Assembly: GCA_016125475.1 (NCBI GenBank)
Contig: WGLR01000012.1
Location: 11,812 to 75,811, forward strand
Reading direction: 5' to 3'
Length of the DNA: 64,000 nt
From: Betaproteobacteria bacterium
GTDB lineage: Bacteria > Pseudomonadota > Gammaproteobacteria > Burkholderiales > Ga0077523
In this document: one piece after another, positions 19,365-31,761 of the stretch
How the letters are laid out: the number at the start of each line of letters is the position of its first letter
Numbering within the stretch: the stretch's first letter is position 1
Notes under the pieces: model-generated
What the model was told of the DNA's origin: nothing
Database searches by the model: none
Seen by the model: only the letters and a program-made list of their open reading frames with translations
Program-made: the position numbers and the translations under genes

Positions 19365-21062
19365 ATGGAACTCACGGGCGCGGAAATCACGGTGCGCTGC
19401 CTCGCGGACGAAGGTGTGGACTACATCTTCGGCTATCCCGGCGGGGCGGTCCTGCACATCTACGACGAAATATTCAAACAAGACAGGGTCAAGCACATCC
19501 TCGTCCGCCACGAGCAGGCAGCCGTACACGCGGCCGACGGCTACGCGCGGGCGTGCGAGAAGCCCGGCTGCGTGCTGGTGACCTCCGGTCCCGGCGTCAC
19601 GAACGCGGTGACGGGCATTGCCACCGCGTACATGGACTCGATCCCCATGGTCATCGTGACCGGGCAGGTGCCCACGCACGCGATCGGCCAGGACGCGTTC
19701 CAGGAGGTCGACACGGTCGGGATCACGCGCCCCTGCGTGAAGCACAACTTCCTCGTGAAGGACGTCAGGGACCTCGCCACGACGATCAAGAAGGCCTTCT
19801 ACATCGCGACCACCGGTCGTCCCGGGCCGGTTCTCGTGGACATCCCCAAGGACGTCACGATCGCCCGGACGGAGTACGAGTATCCGGCATCCGTCTCGAT
19901 GCGCTCCTACAACCCCGTGCTCAAGGGGCACGCCGGGCAGATCCGCAAGGCGCTCGCGCTGCTCACGGAAGCGAAGCGCCCCATGATCTACACGGGCGGC
20001 GGGGTCGTGCTCGGCAGCGCTTCGGCAGAGCTTGCCCAGTTCGTCCGGAATCTCGGTTTTCCGTGCACGAACACGCTCATGGGCCTTGGCGGCTACCCCG
20101 CGAACGACCCCCTATTCATGGGCATGCTCGGCATGCACGGCACCTACGAGGCGAACATGGCCATGCAGCACTGCGACGTGCTGCTGGCGATCGGCGCCCG
20201 TTTCGACGACCGGGTCATCGGCAATCCGAAGCACTTCTTCCAGGAAGACCGCAGGATCATCCACGTGGACGTCGACCCTTCCTCGATCTCCAAGCGGGTT
20301 CGCGTGGACGTGCCGATCGTGGGCGACGTGCGGGAAGTCCTCTCCGAGATGAACCGGCAGCTCGCGGCGACGGGCGCGAAGCCGGACGCCGCCGCACTGA
20401 AGGCGTGGTGGACACAGATCGAGCTCTGGCGGGCGCGCAACTGCCTCAAGTACGACCGCAACGCCGCGATCATCAAGCCCCAGATGGTGATCGAGAAGCT
20501 CCACGAGATCACGGGCGGCGACGCGATCGTCACGTCGGACGTCGGGCAGCACCAGATGTGGGCGGCCCAGTTCTACAGGTTCGACAAGCCCCGCCGGTGG
20601 ATCAACTCCGGCGGTCTCGGGACCATGGGCTTCGGACTCCCCGCGGCACTCGGCGCCTGGCTCGCGCATCCCGAGTCCACGGTGGTCTGCGTGACGGGCG
20701 AGGCCTCGATCCAGATGTGCATCCAGGAACTCTCGACCTGCAAGCAGTACCGCGCGCCCATCAAGATCGTCAATCTCAACAACCGCTACATGGGCATGGT
20801 GCGTCAGTGGCAGGAGTTCTTCCACGGCAACCGCTACGCCGAGTCCTACATGGACGCCCTGCCGGATTTCGTGAAGCTCACGGAGAGCTACGGTCACGTC
20901 GGCATGCGGATCGAGAAGCCGGAGGACGTCGAGGGAGCGCTGCGCGAGGCGTTCTCGCGCAAGGACGATCTCGTGTTCATGGACTTCGTCACCGACCAGA
21001 CGGAAAACGTGTTTCCGATGGTCCCGGGTGGCAAGGGCCTCTCCGAGATGATCCTGGTTTGA
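19365..21062 (+). CDS. ilvI: Acetolactate synthase large subunit
   Basis: FGYPGGAVL, RHEQAAVHAADGYAR, TSGPG, DVGQHQMW, SGGLGTMG, GMVRQWQ. Confidence 0.97.
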   Translation: MELTGAEITVRCLADEGVDYIFGYPGGAVLHIYDEIFKQDRVKHILVRHEQAAVHAADGYARACEKPGCVLVTSGPGVTNAVTGIATAYMDSIPMVIVTGQVPTHAIGQDAFQEVDTVGITRPCVKHNFLVKDVRDLATTIKKAFYIATTGRPGPVLVDIPKDVTIARTEYEYPASVSMRSYNPVLKGHAGQIRKALALLTEAKRPMIYTGGGVVLGSASAELAQFVRNLGFPCTNTLMGLGGYPANDPLFMGMLGMHGTYEANMAMQHCDVLLAIGARFDDRVIGNPKHFFQEDRRIIHVDVDPSSISKRVRVDVPIVGDVREVLSEMNRQLAATGAKPDAAALKAWWTQIELWRARNCLKYDRNAAIIKPQMVIEKLHEITGGDAIVTSDVGQHQMWAAQFYRFDKPRRWINSGGLGTMGFGLPAALGAWLAHPESTVVCVTGEASIQMCIQELSTCKQYRAPIKIVNLNNRYMGMVRQWQEFFHGNRYAESYMDALPDFVKLTESYGHVGMRIEKPEDVEGALREAFSRKDDLVFMDFVTDQTENVFPMVPGGKGLSEMILV

Positions 21063-22772
<1,710 letters not shown>

Positions 22773-22862
22773 CGGGGCGGTTCCCGACGACGTCGAGACG
22801 GCACGAGGCGGCGGTCCCCGCAGACCGGCCGCCCGTGACCGGCCCCGCTACGGCACTGACAG

Positions 22863-23504
22863 ATGAACTCCTATCCCCATCCCCTGATCGCGCGCGAAGG
22901 CTGGCCGTTCCTCGCGGCATCGTGCGTTGTCTCGGTGCTCGTGACCTGGATTGCCGGGTGGTGGTCCGTTCCGTTCTGGCTTCTCACGCTGTTCATCCTG
23001 CAGTTCTTCCGCGATCCGCCGCGCGCGATTCCGGGCCATGCCTCCGCGGTGCTCTCGCCTGCGGACGGGCGCATCGTGATGGTGGGGGTGGTGCGCGACC
23101 CGTATCTCGACCGTGACGCGCTGAAGATCAGTGTCTTCATGAACGTGTTCAACGTGCATTCGAACCGCAGTCCCGTCGACGGCGAGGTGCACGACCGCTG
23201 GTACAACGCCGGCAGTTTCCTGAACGCCGCGCTCGACAAGGCGTCGGAAGAGAACGAACGCAACGCGCTGCACATTCGGACACGCAACGGGGTCGACGTC
23301 ACGTGCGTACAGGTGGCCGGGCTGATCGCGCGTCGCATCCTCTGCTACGTCGCACCGGGCGATGGCCTGCAGCGCGGGCAGCGCTACGGATTCATCCGTT
23401 TCGGGTCCCGCGTGGACCTTTACCTGCCGCCGGGAGCCCGACCGCTCGCGCGGGTCGGCGACAAGGTTTACGCCACCTCGACCGTCGTGGCAGAGTTGCC
23501 CTGA
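22863..23504 (+). CDS. psd: Phosphatidylserine decarboxylase proenzyme
   Basis: [21 protein letters not shown] and IRFGSRVD self-cleavage motif. Confidence 0.95.
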   Translation: MNSYPHPLIAREGWPFLAASCVVSVLVTWIAGWWSVPFWLLTLFILQFFRDPPRAIPGHASAVLSPADGRIVMVGVVRDPYLDRDALKISVFMNVFNVHSNRSPVDGEVHDRWYNAGSFLNAALDKASEENERNALHIRTRNGVDVTCVQVAGLIARRILCYVAPGDGLQRGQRYGFIRFGSRVDLYLPPGARPLARVGDKVYATSTVVAELP

Positions 23505-23545
23505 GCGGGATGGCTCGTCCGGCCCGAGGCTCTGTCGGGGGATTC

Positions 23546-24346
23546 ATGGAAGAAGGTCAGGCGCGACGGCGCTGGCTCGCCCGGCGCAGGTTCCGGCCAG
23601 GGATATTCTGGCTGCCCAACGCGATCACCACCGTATCGCTCTTCGCCGGTTTCTACGCGATCGTCCAGGCCATGAACGATCGCTACGCCGTGGCCGCGGC
23701 CGCGATCTTCGTCGCGATGGTCTTCGACGGTCTCGATGGCAGGGTCGCGCGGCTCACCCGCACGCAGAGCGCGTTCGGGGCGGAGTTCGATTCCCTGTCC
23801 GACATGGTCTCCTTCGGCGCGGCTCCCGCGCTCGTGATCTACGAATGGGCCCTGAGGGGGCTCGGCAAGTACGGCTGGGCGTGCGCATTCGCCTACTGCG
23901 CCTGCGCGGCGCTGCGCCTCGCACGCTTCAACACGAACATCGCCGTGGTCGACAAGCGCTATTTCCAGGGTCTGCCGAGCCCGGCTGCCGCAGCACTCGT
24001 GGCAGGTCTGGTGTGGGCGATGGACACGTTCGACTACGAAGGTCGCCGGCTCGACGTTCTGGCGGCGATCGTCACGGTCTTTGCCGCCTTCACGATGGTC
24101 AGCAACGTCCGGTTCTACAGCGGGAAGGACATCAACATCCGGAAGACCGTGCCCTTCTGGCAGATCGTCCTCGTGGCGCTCGGCGTGGCGGTCGTGTTCT
24201 TCCTCGCGGACAACCTGCCGGAGATGCTGTTCACGGTCGCGACGATCTACGCGCTGTCCGGTTACGTGATGTGGCTCTTCCGGTACCTCCGTCCGGAACC
24301 GGGGACGCGCCACCCGCCGCCGGACCCGGATGGCGGACAGGACTGA
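23546..24346 (+). CDS. pssA: CDP-diacylglycerol-serine O-phosphatidyltransferase
   Basis: LPNAIT, DGLDGRVAR...FGAEFDSLSD CDP-alcohol phosphotransferase motif, RLARFN, FQGLPSP. Confidence 0.95.
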   Translation: MEEGQARRRWLARRRFRPGIFWLPNAITTVSLFAGFYAIVQAMNDRYAVAAAAIFVAMVFDGLDGRVARLTRTQSAFGAEFDSLSDMVSFGAAPALVIYEWALRGLGKYGWACAFAYCACAALRLARFNTNIAVVDKRYFQGLPSPAAAALVAGLVWAMDTFDYEGRRLDVLAAIVTVFAAFTMVSNVRFYSGKDINIRKTVPFWQIVLVALGVAVVFFLADNLPEMLFTVATIYALSGYVMWLFRYLRPEPGTRHPPPDPDGGQD

Positions 24347-24415
24347 CCCCCCGGGGCGAGGCAACCCCGTCGTCGGGTGTCGCGCGGCACACGCGGACCG
24401 GTATTCAAGAAATGC

Positions 24416-24444
24416 TTGATCGCGGTCGATGATCCGAATATATT
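24416..24444 (+). promoter_or_regulatory. Candidate sigma70 promoter for the leu leader / leuA
   Basis: TTGATC-N17-TATATT, 10 bp upstream of the leader ATG. Confidence 0.6.
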
Positions 24445-24454
24445 GGCCGTCACC

Positions 24455-24541
24455 ATGATGAAAGCAGCCCATACGATTCTCCCTCTCCAGGCCAGCCTCC
24501 TGCTGCTGGCCGGGCTGCTGCTGCGCGCAAGCGCAGACTAA
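24455..24541 (+). CDS. Leucine-rich leader peptide (attenuator) of leuA, 28 aa
   Basis: Manual translation MMKAAHTILPLQASLLLLAGLLLRASAD*; 9 Leu including runs of 4 and 3; directly upstream of leuA. Confidence 0.8.
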   Translation: MMKAAHTILPLQASLLLLAGLLLRASAD

Positions 24542-24666
24542 TCCTACCTCCTCCCGCAAGAGCATTACCCCACCGGACTTGACCAGTCCGGGAACCGTTT
24601 GTAGTTTTCCGCGCAACCCGTGCGGGCGACGTGCCCCGGGTACGCTGCCACGACCAGGAGAGCATC

Positions 24667-26202
24667 ATGACCGATCGACTCATCATTTTCGACACCACGC
24701 TCCGCGACGGCGAGCAGAGCCCGGGCGCTTCCATGACCCGCGAGGAAAAGCTGCGCATCGCCCGACAGCTGGAGAAGCTTCGGGTCGACGTGATCGAGGC
24801 CGGCTTCCCGGCCGCGTCGAACGGCGACTTCGATGCCGTGAAGGCCGTGGCCGACACGATCAGGGATTCGACCGTCTGCGGGCTTGCCCGCGCGAATGAC
24901 CACGACGTGCGTCGGGCAGGCGAGGCCCTGCGGGGGGCGGCCGCCGGACGCATTCACACGTTCATCGCCACCTCGCCGATCCACATGGAAAAGAAGCTCC
25001 GCATGGCGCCCGAGCAGGTGATCGAGACGGCCGTGAAGGCCGTGTCGCTCGCGCGGACCTTCCGTGAGGACGTCGAGTTCTCCCCCGAGGATGCCGGACG
25101 CTCCGACACCGAGTTCCTGTGCCGGATTCTCGATGCGGTGATCAAGGCCGGTGCGACCACGATCAACATTCCGGACACCGTCGGGTACACGATGCCCGAA
25201 CAGTTCGGGGGGCTCATCCGCACGCTGCGCGAACGGATTCCGGATTCCGACAAGGTCGTCTGGTCGGTCCACTGCCACAACGACCTCGGTCTCGCCGTCG
25301 CGAATTCGCTCTCGGCCGTCATGAACGGTGCACGCCAGATCGAGTGCACGATCAACGGTCTCGGAGAACGCGCGGGCAACGCCTCCCTGGAAGAGATCGT
25401 GATGGCCGTTCGCACCCGGCAGGACTATTTCCCGTGCGACACGCGCATCGATGCGACGCAGATCGTGCCGGCGTCCAAGCTCGTGTCGGGCATCACGGGC
25501 TTTCCCGTCCAGCCCAACAAGGCGATCGTCGGCGCGAACGCGTTCGCGCACGAGTCGGGCATCCACCAGGACGGGGTGATCAAGAGCCGCGAGACGTACG
25601 AGATCATGCGTGCCGAGGACGTGGGCTGGTCGACGAACAAGCTCGTGCTCGGGAAGCTCTCGGGCCGGAACGCGTTCCGGCAACGCCTCAAGGAACTCGG
25701 CATAGTGCTGGACAGCGAGGAGGCCCTGAATGTCGCGTTCGCGAAGTTCAAGGACCTCGCGGACAAGAAGTCGGAGATCTTCGACGAGGATCTGCAGATG
25801 CTCGTGTCGGACGAGGAGGTGAGTCAGGTGCGCGAGCACTACAAGCTGCTCTCGATGATGATCCATGCCGAAACCGGAGAGACTCCGCTCGCGAAGATCG
25901 TGCTCGGCGAGGGGATCGACGAGCGCAAGGCGGAGTCCGCCGGCAGCGGCGCCGTGGACGCGACCTTCAAGGCGATCGAGAACATCGTGACGAGCGGCGC
26001 GGAACTCCAGCTCTACTCCGTGAACAGCATCACGGGCGGGACGGATGCCTTCGGCGAAGTGACGGTGCGGCTGAAGAAGGACGGCCGGATCGTGAACGGT
26101 GCCGGTGCGGACACCGACATCGTCGTGGCATCGGCCAAGGCCTACATCAACGCACTGAACAAGCTGCACTCGAACCTCGAGCGCGCACACCCGCAGATCT
26201 GA
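24667..26202 (+). CDS. leuA: 2-isopropylmalate synthase
   Basis: [42 protein letters not shown]; C-terminal regulatory domain present. Confidence 0.97.
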   Translation: MTDRLIIFDTTLRDGEQSPGASMTREEKLRIARQLEKLRVDVIEAGFPAASNGDFDAVKAVADTIRDSTVCGLARANDHDVRRAGEALRGAAAGRIHTFIATSPIHMEKKLRMAPEQVIETAVKAVSLARTFREDVEFSPEDAGRSDTEFLCRILDAVIKAGATTINIPDTVGYTMPEQFGGLIRTLRERIPDSDKVVWSVHCHNDLGLAVANSLSAVMNGARQIECTINGLGERAGNASLEEIVMAVRTRQDYFPCDTRIDATQIVPASKLVSGITGFPVQPNKAIVGANAFAHESGIHQDGVIKSRETYEIMRAEDVGWSTNKLVLGKLSGRNAFRQRLKELGIVLDSEEALNVAFAKFKDLADKKSEIFDEDLQMLVSDEEVSQVREHYKLLSMMIHAETGETPLAKIVLGEGIDERKAESAGSGAVDATFKAIENIVTSGAELQLYSVNSITGGTDAFGEVTVRLKKDGRIVNGAGADTDIVVASAKAYINALNKLHSNLERAHPQI

Positions 26203-26247
26203 TCGGCGGGTGTCCGTGGCGGCGCGCCCTCGGGCGCGCCCGCGGCT

Positions 26248-27513
26248 TCAGCCCTGCCGGGCGAGTCTCGCGTTCGCGAGGGCGAGGCGTTCTGCCATGA
26301 TTCGCAGCAGCTTGTTCGTGAACTTGAGCTGCGAGGACGGAGACAGCGTGCCGAGCGTCTCGCGGTCGAATTCCACGACGATGCTGTCGGTGGTCGTCTG
26401 AACCGTCGCGCTGCGAATCGATCCCGGCCCCTGGACGTACGCCATCTCGCCGAAACAGTCGCCCGCGTGCAGGACGTTCAGGAGGCGGCCCCGGGAGACG
26501 ACCTTCGCCCCTCCCGTCGCAATCAGCAGCAGCGTCTCGCCGGCGTCGTCCTCGCGCACGAGCACGTGCTGCGGGGGGACACGTCGCCAGTGGCCGTGAC
26601 GCAGGGCTTCCCACAGTTCCGAGTCCTCGAAGTCACCGGTGAGGGCGGCGTTCCTGAGCGCCGTGAACTTCTCGCTGTCCGGGATCGACTGATCATAGAT
26701 GCTCATGCGGCCGACCTTCGCGAGGTCCAGAGCTGCCTCGGCCCAGTTCGCGTATCGGTCTTCCGGGGACTTCCGCAGGAACCGGGCGACGACGGCATCG
26801 AGTTCCGTCGACACCTCGGGCCTCAGGCTCGACGGGGGCACCGCCTCGGACGACACGATGAGCTGCAGGGTCTCCTCGACGTTCGTTCCCCGGAACGGCT
26901 TCTGTCCGGTGAGCAGTTCGTGAAGCATGACACCGAGCGAGAACATGTCGCTGTGAACACTCGGGGCGTGCCCCTCGATCAGCTCCGGTGCGTTGTAGGA
27001 CGGTGACGCGAGCCGGAACTCCTCGGTGGTGCGTACGCCGCGGATGAAGGCGGCGCCGAAGTCGGCGAGCTTCACCTCCCTGTCGCTGTCGAGCAGGACG
27101 TTCGACGGCTTGATGTCGCGATGGATCACGCCGAGCCTCGACGCGAACTCCAGCGCGCCGCAGCACTTGAACGCGATCTGCGTCACTTCCTCGACGGGGA
27201 GACGGGTCTCGCCACGGGTGTGGCGGAGGAGGCTGCCACCGGGGACGTACTCCATGGCGACATAGCGCCACTGTTCATCCGCGACGGCGTCCACGATGGT
27301 CACGATGTGCGGGTGAACGAGCTTTCCCGCGAGGGCCGCCTCGCTCACGAACTGGACGGAGGCCGACACGTCGCGGCCATCGACGTCGCGAGGGTGATAC
27401 ACCTTCAGCGCGAGATCGGCATTGAGGAAATCGTCGTATGCGAGATACACCGTACTCGCTGCGCCCCGGCCGAGCTCGTTCTTGAGGAGATACTTGCCGA
27501 TGCGCTGTTCCAT
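26248..27513 (-). CDS. Hanks-type Ser/Thr protein kinase with C-terminal cyclic-nucleotide-binding domain
   Basis: LGRGAASTVY, ALK, HRDIKPSN, DFG, APE, DMFSLG; C-terminal GDCFGEMA...RSATV cNMP cassette; probable start MEQRIGKY. Confidence 0.9.
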   Translation of the reverse strand: MEQRIGKYLLKNELGRGAASTVYLAYDDFLNADLALKVYHPRDVDGRDVSASVQFVSEAALAGKLVHPHIVTIVDAVADEQWRYVAMEYVPGGSLLRHTRGETRLPVEEVTQIAFKCCGALEFASRLGVIHRDIKPSNVLLDSDREVKLADFGAAFIRGVRTTEEFRLASPSYNAPELIEGHAPSVHSDMFSLGVMLHELLTGQKPFRGTNVEETLQLIVSSEAVPPSSLRPEVSTELDAVVARFLRKSPEDRYANWAEAALDLAKVGRMSIYDQSIPDSEKFTALRNAALTGDFEDSELWEALRHGHWRRVPPQHVLVREDDAGETLLLIATGGAKVVSRGRLLNVLHAGDCFGEMAYVQGPGSIRSATVQTTTDSIVVEFDRETLGTLSPSSQLKFTNKLLRIMAERLALANARLARQG

Positions 27514-27679
27514 GCGCGTGAGGAGTCCGGAGAGATCGGGTCGGAAGGCGACCCACGCCTGATGACCCATTCTAGCCTCGTTCCGCCGGGCCTGCGGCCT
27601 GCGGGGGCAGGCGCAGGACTGCACACGACCCCGTCCCGGGCGCATCGACTATCCTTTAGCCCTTCATGAAGGGGGTGCC

Positions 27680-29017
27680 ATGGCTCAGGACACGCAGGAA
27701 GAAGGCGGACTGCACCGTATCGTGATCGTCGGGGGAGGCGCGGGCGGGCTCGAACTCGCGACGCGCCTCGGCGACCGTCTCGGGCGCCGGCGCCGGGTCC
27801 AGGTGACGCTCGTGGACCGGGCACGAACGCATCTCTGGAAGCCCCTGCTCCACCAGGTGGCGGCCGGCAGCATGGACCTGAACGACCACGCCCTCGACTA
27901 TCTCGCGCAGGCGCGCTGGCATCACTTCCAGTTCCAGCTCGGGCACATGGTCGGCCTGGATCGTGCCGGCAAGTGCGTGCTGCTCGGGCCGCTGCTCGAT
28001 CCGGAGACCGGCGAGGAAGTGCTCCCCGCGCGCCCGCTGTCCTACGACACGCTCGTGCTCGCAGTGGGCAGCCAGACCAACGACTTCGGCACGCCCGGCG
28101 CCCAGGCTCACGCGATCGCGCTGGACATGCCGGAACAGGCGGAGCGGTTCCGCTCGCGCCTCCTGAACGCGTGTCTGCGCGCGAATGCGCAGGGCGGTCC
28201 GCGCAATCCGTGGGATCTGCATGTCGCGATCATCGGGGCCGGGGCCACCGGCGTGGAACTGGCGGCAGAACTGCACAACTCGACGCGCGAACTCGTGGCG
28301 TTCGGACTCGACAACATCGACGCCGAGCGCGATCTCAGGATCAGCATCATCGAAGCGGCGCCGAGAGTGCTTCCCGCGCTGCCCGAGAGGCTCTCGGACG
28401 CGACGCTCAAGCTGCTGGAATCGCTCAACGTGCAGGTCTTCACCGGCGAAAGGGTGACGTCGGTCGGGGCGTACGGCGTGCGGACCCAGAGCGGCAAGGA
28501 CGTTCCGGCGGAGATCACGGTCTGGGCGGCCGGCATCAAGGCGCCCGAGTTCCTGCGCGAGATCGGCGGTCTCGAGACCAACCGCATGAACCAGCTCGTC
28601 GTGAACGAGCGCCTCCAGACCACGCGTGACCCTGACATCTTCGCGATCGGAGACTGCGCCGCGTGTCCGTGGCCCGAGAAGAACGGCTTCGTCCCGCCAC
28701 GTGCACAGTCGGCGCATCAGCAGGCGTCCCACCTCATCCGGCACCTTCCCGCGCACATCGCGGGGCGCGAGGTCCCGGCGTGGCACTACCGGGACTTCGG
28801 GTCGCTCGTCTCGCTCGGCGACTACAGCACCGTGGGCAGTCTCATGGGCGGGCTCACGAAAGGCAGCCTCATGATCGAAGGCGTGTTCGCGGGAATCATG
28901 TACGCGTCGCTCTACAAGATGCACGAGTACGCGCTGCACGGATTCTCGAAGGTCTTCTTCGACACGCTCGCGCGATTCATCACGCGTCGCACCGAACCCC
29001 ACGTGAAACTGCACTGA
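27680..29017 (+). CDS. ndh: Type II NADH dehydrogenase
   Basis: IVIVGGGAGG, HLWKPLLH, IIGAGATGVELAAEL, WAAG, FAIGDCA, PRAQSAHQQA. Confidence 0.93.
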   Translation: MAQDTQEEGGLHRIVIVGGGAGGLELATRLGDRLGRRRRVQVTLVDRARTHLWKPLLHQVAAGSMDLNDHALDYLAQARWHHFQFQLGHMVGLDRAGKCVLLGPLLDPETGEEVLPARPLSYDTLVLAVGSQTNDFGTPGAQAHAIALDMPEQAERFRSRLLNACLRANAQGGPRNPWDLHVAIIGAGATGVELAAELHNSTRELVAFGLDNIDAERDLRISIIEAAPRVLPALPERLSDATLKLLESLNVQVFTGERVTSVGAYGVRTQSGKDVPAEITVWAAGIKAPEFLREIGGLETNRMNQLVVNERLQTTRDPDIFAIGDCAACPWPEKNGFVPPRAQSAHQQASHLIRHLPAHIAGREVPAWHYRDFGSLVSLGDYSTVGSLMGGLTKGSLMIEGVFAGIMYASLYKMHEYALHGFSKVFFDTLARFITRRTEPHVKLH

Positions 29018-29124
29018 CCGTGTGCCGGCACCACGAAGGGCCGGAGTCCGGCGTCCAGCGTGTCGATTGCGCTGCGTTTCCGCGGGCGGATACACTCCGG
29101 CGCCATGTCGTCGCCACGTAGACC

Positions 29125-30564
29125 ATGAAGACGTTCGTCCCGCGCGCGGTCCTCGCGATCGCGTTCGCGGTCGCAGGCTGTGCCCACGAGTCCTATCGAC
29201 CGAGACCCCTCGATGCCGAGGCGTCCGCTGCCGCGCTCGAGACGCGCACGCTCTCGTCCGACGCGTTGCGCGATTACCTGGCGGCACAGGGCCAGTCGGT
29301 CGATCCGTGGCCCAGGGGGACGTGGGACCTGCCCGCGCTCACGCGGGCGGCCGTGTTCTACCACCCCGACGTCGAACTTGCGCGTGCCCGTGCGCGCGTG
29401 GCCGCCGCGGAGACGCGCACGTCGAAGACCCGCCTGCCGTTCACCGTCACTGCGCGTCCGGAGTACAACGGCAAGGCCGCGTCGGGCGCCACGCCGTGGG
29501 GCCTGGGTCTGCTGGTCGGCCTGCCGATCGACATCGGCCACAAGCGTGCGGCCCAGACGGAACACCTCGCTCGCCTCGAGAGCGCGGCGGACATCGACGT
29601 TGCCGTGGCCTCGTGGCGCGTGCGCAGTCGCCTCAGGCAGCATTTCGTCGATCTCTTCGTGGCCCGGCAGACCGCTCACGCCGTCGACGGACAGCGCGCG
29701 GCCCAGCAGGTGCTGCTGGCGCTGCTCGAACGGCGCGAGAAGAGCGGGTACGCGTCGGCGACGGAGGTGGCGCGCGAACGCCTGAAGGCCGACGAGCTCG
29801 AGGTCGCGCTCGGGCGTGCGAATCTGCAGCAGGATCAGGCACTGGCCGCGGTCGCGGAGGCCGTGGGACTGCCGGTCGCCGCACTGCGCGGGGTGACCCT
29901 GGATTTCTCGGTGCTGGAGCACGAGCGACCGGAACCCGCGGCGGACGAGATCCGGCGTCTGGCGCTGCGCAACCGCATCGACCTGCAGCGCAAGCTCGCC
30001 GACTACGCGGCGGCAGAGGCTGCCGTGAAGCTCGAGGTTGCGCGACAGTATCCGGACATCACGCTCGTGCCCGGGTATTTCTGGGATGCGGACCAGAGCC
30101 TGTGGTCGATCGCGTTTCTCGGCCTCGTGCCGCAGCGTGCGCGTTCGCAGGCGCTGATCGCCGAGGCCGAGGCGCGGCGGGAAGTGGAGGAGAAGGCGTT
30201 TCTCGCTCTGCAGGCACGCGTGATCGCGGAGGCGGAGGCGGCCGCGTCCCGCTATGCGCACGCCGTCCGGGTCAGTCGCGCCGCACGGCGGCAGATCGAT
30301 GCGGCCAGGGGCCACGTCAGGCAGGTCGAGGCACAGTTCGAGCGTGGCTGGGCCGACCGACTGGACCTCGCGCGCGCCCGGCTGGAAGCGGCGACGGCCG
30401 AGCGTTCGGCCGTCGTGGCGACACTCGAGCTGCAGCGAGGCATGTCCGCCGTGGAGGACGCCCTGCAGAGGCCGCTCGACGGACCGGCGCTCGCGAGTAC
30501 CGGGGCGGCACGAGCCGCCACGTCCGACACCGCGGTCAATCCGGCGCTGATCGACAATGACTAG
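29125..30564 (+). CDS. Outer-membrane efflux protein (TolC/CzcC family), lipoprotein
   Basis: Lipobox VAGC, helical OEP repeats (ARQYPDITL); first gene of an RND operon. Confidence 0.88.
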   Translation: MKTFVPRAVLAIAFAVAGCAHESYRPRPLDAEASAAALETRTLSSDALRDYLAAQGQSVDPWPRGTWDLPALTRAAVFYHPDVELARARARVAAAETRTSKTRLPFTVTARPEYNGKAASGATPWGLGLLVGLPIDIGHKRAAQTEHLARLESAADIDVAVASWRVRSRLRQHFVDLFVARQTAHAVDGQRAAQQVLLALLERREKSGYASATEVARERLKADELEVALGRANLQQDQALAAVAEAVGLPVAALRGVTLDFSVLEHERPEPAADEIRRLALRNRIDLQRKLADYAAAEAAVKLEVARQYPDITLVPGYFWDADQSLWSIAFLGLVPQRARSQALIAEAEARREVEEKAFLALQARVIAEAEAAASRYAHAVRVSRAARRQIDAARGHVRQVEAQFERGWADRLDLARARLEAATAERSAVVATLELQRGMSAVEDALQRPLDGPALASTGAARAATSDTAVNPALIDND

Positions 30565-30621
30565 GCATGACTCGAGTCGTCCGGGCGTTCGGGGCGCGCC
30601 ACTCCTGCCGGGAGCCCCTGC

Positions 30622-31695
30622 ATGACGGTCAGACGACATCTTGCAGCGTTCGGTGTGGCGGGGCTCGCCCTGCTCGTGCTGCTGCTCGCTGCGACGACGA
30701 TCTATTTCGGACGCGACGAGTATCAGCAGATCGCGCGCGACAACGGCGAGGAGATCGACGCGCGGCCCGTCGCCGACGAGAAGCTGGAACCCGGGCGTCT
30801 GCGGATCCCGCCCGCCGAAATGGCCGCGAGCGGGCTCGTGCTCGCACCGCTGGAGAAGGCGGAAGCGACGTCCGGCATCGAGGTCTACGGCTCCGTCGTG
30901 GATCTGAAGCCGCTTCTGGACGCCCGGGAACAGTACGCGTTGCGCTCCGGCGAGATTCGCACCCTGCGCGCGACGGTGCGCACCCTCGAGGCCGAGTACC
31001 GGCGAGTGTCCGCGCTGTATCAGGACGACCGCAACGTCTCGGAGCGCGTGATGCAGCAGGCGCGGGCGGACTGGCAGGCGGCGCAGGCGCGACTCGACGC
31101 TGCGAGTACCGCGCTCGGCGCGATGGTCGAGACCGCACGGGTCACGTGGGGCGAGAAGCTCGCGGACATGGCCCTCAACGGTTCGAGCCCGGCATTCAGG
31201 GGGCTCGTCGACGGCCGGGAAGTGCTCGCCCTGCTCGCGGTTCCCTACGCGCACGCCGATCGGATCACGGTATTCCACGTCACGGTCACGCCGACCGGAG
31301 GCGGCCGCCGTGTGGACGCGAAGTTCGTCGCCCCCGCGTCGACCGCGATGAGCGGCATTCCCGGCGTTACCTTCTTCTACCGTATGGCGGCCGCGGGCGT
31401 TCGCGTCGGTACGCGCCTCACCGCGTATCTCGCCGAGGGCGACGGGGAGCAGGCCGGAGTCGTCGTGCCCGAGCGCGCAGTTGTCTGGTACGCGGGCCGT
31501 CCATGGATCTACCTGCAGGACGAGAAGGATGCCGACGTCTTCGAGCGCACACCCGTGACGGCCGACCGGCTCGTGCCGGGCGGGTGGTTCAACGCGACCG
31601 GGCTCGAAGCTGGACGGAAGGTCGTCGTCACGGGGGCGCAGCTGCTTCTCTCCGAGGAACTCGAGTACCAGATCCGCAACGAGAACGAGGACTGA
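30622..31695 (+). CDS. RND efflux periplasmic adaptor (atypical, CzcB-like)
   Basis: N-terminal TM, coiled-coil hairpin, VVVPERAVV and GLEAGRKVVVTGAQLLLSEE; operon position. Confidence 0.8.
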   Translation: MTVRRHLAAFGVAGLALLVLLLAATTIYFGRDEYQQIARDNGEEIDARPVADEKLEPGRLRIPPAEMAASGLVLAPLEKAEATSGIEVYGSVVDLKPLLDAREQYALRSGEIRTLRATVRTLEAEYRRVSALYQDDRNVSERVMQQARADWQAAQARLDAASTALGAMVETARVTWGEKLADMALNGSSPAFRGLVDGREVLALLAVPYAHADRITVFHVTVTPTGGGRRVDAKFVAPASTAMSGIPGVTFFYRMAAAGVRVGTRLTAYLAEGDGEQAGVVVPERAVVWYAGRPWIYLQDEKDADVFERTPVTADRLVPGGWFNATGLEAGRKVVVTGAQLLLSEELEYQIRNENED

Positions 31696-31761
31696 CGCGG
31701 TGACGACGCGGACGGGCAGCCGGCCCGGCACGATGTTGGCGACGGTCGCGGGCGGCGTGCC

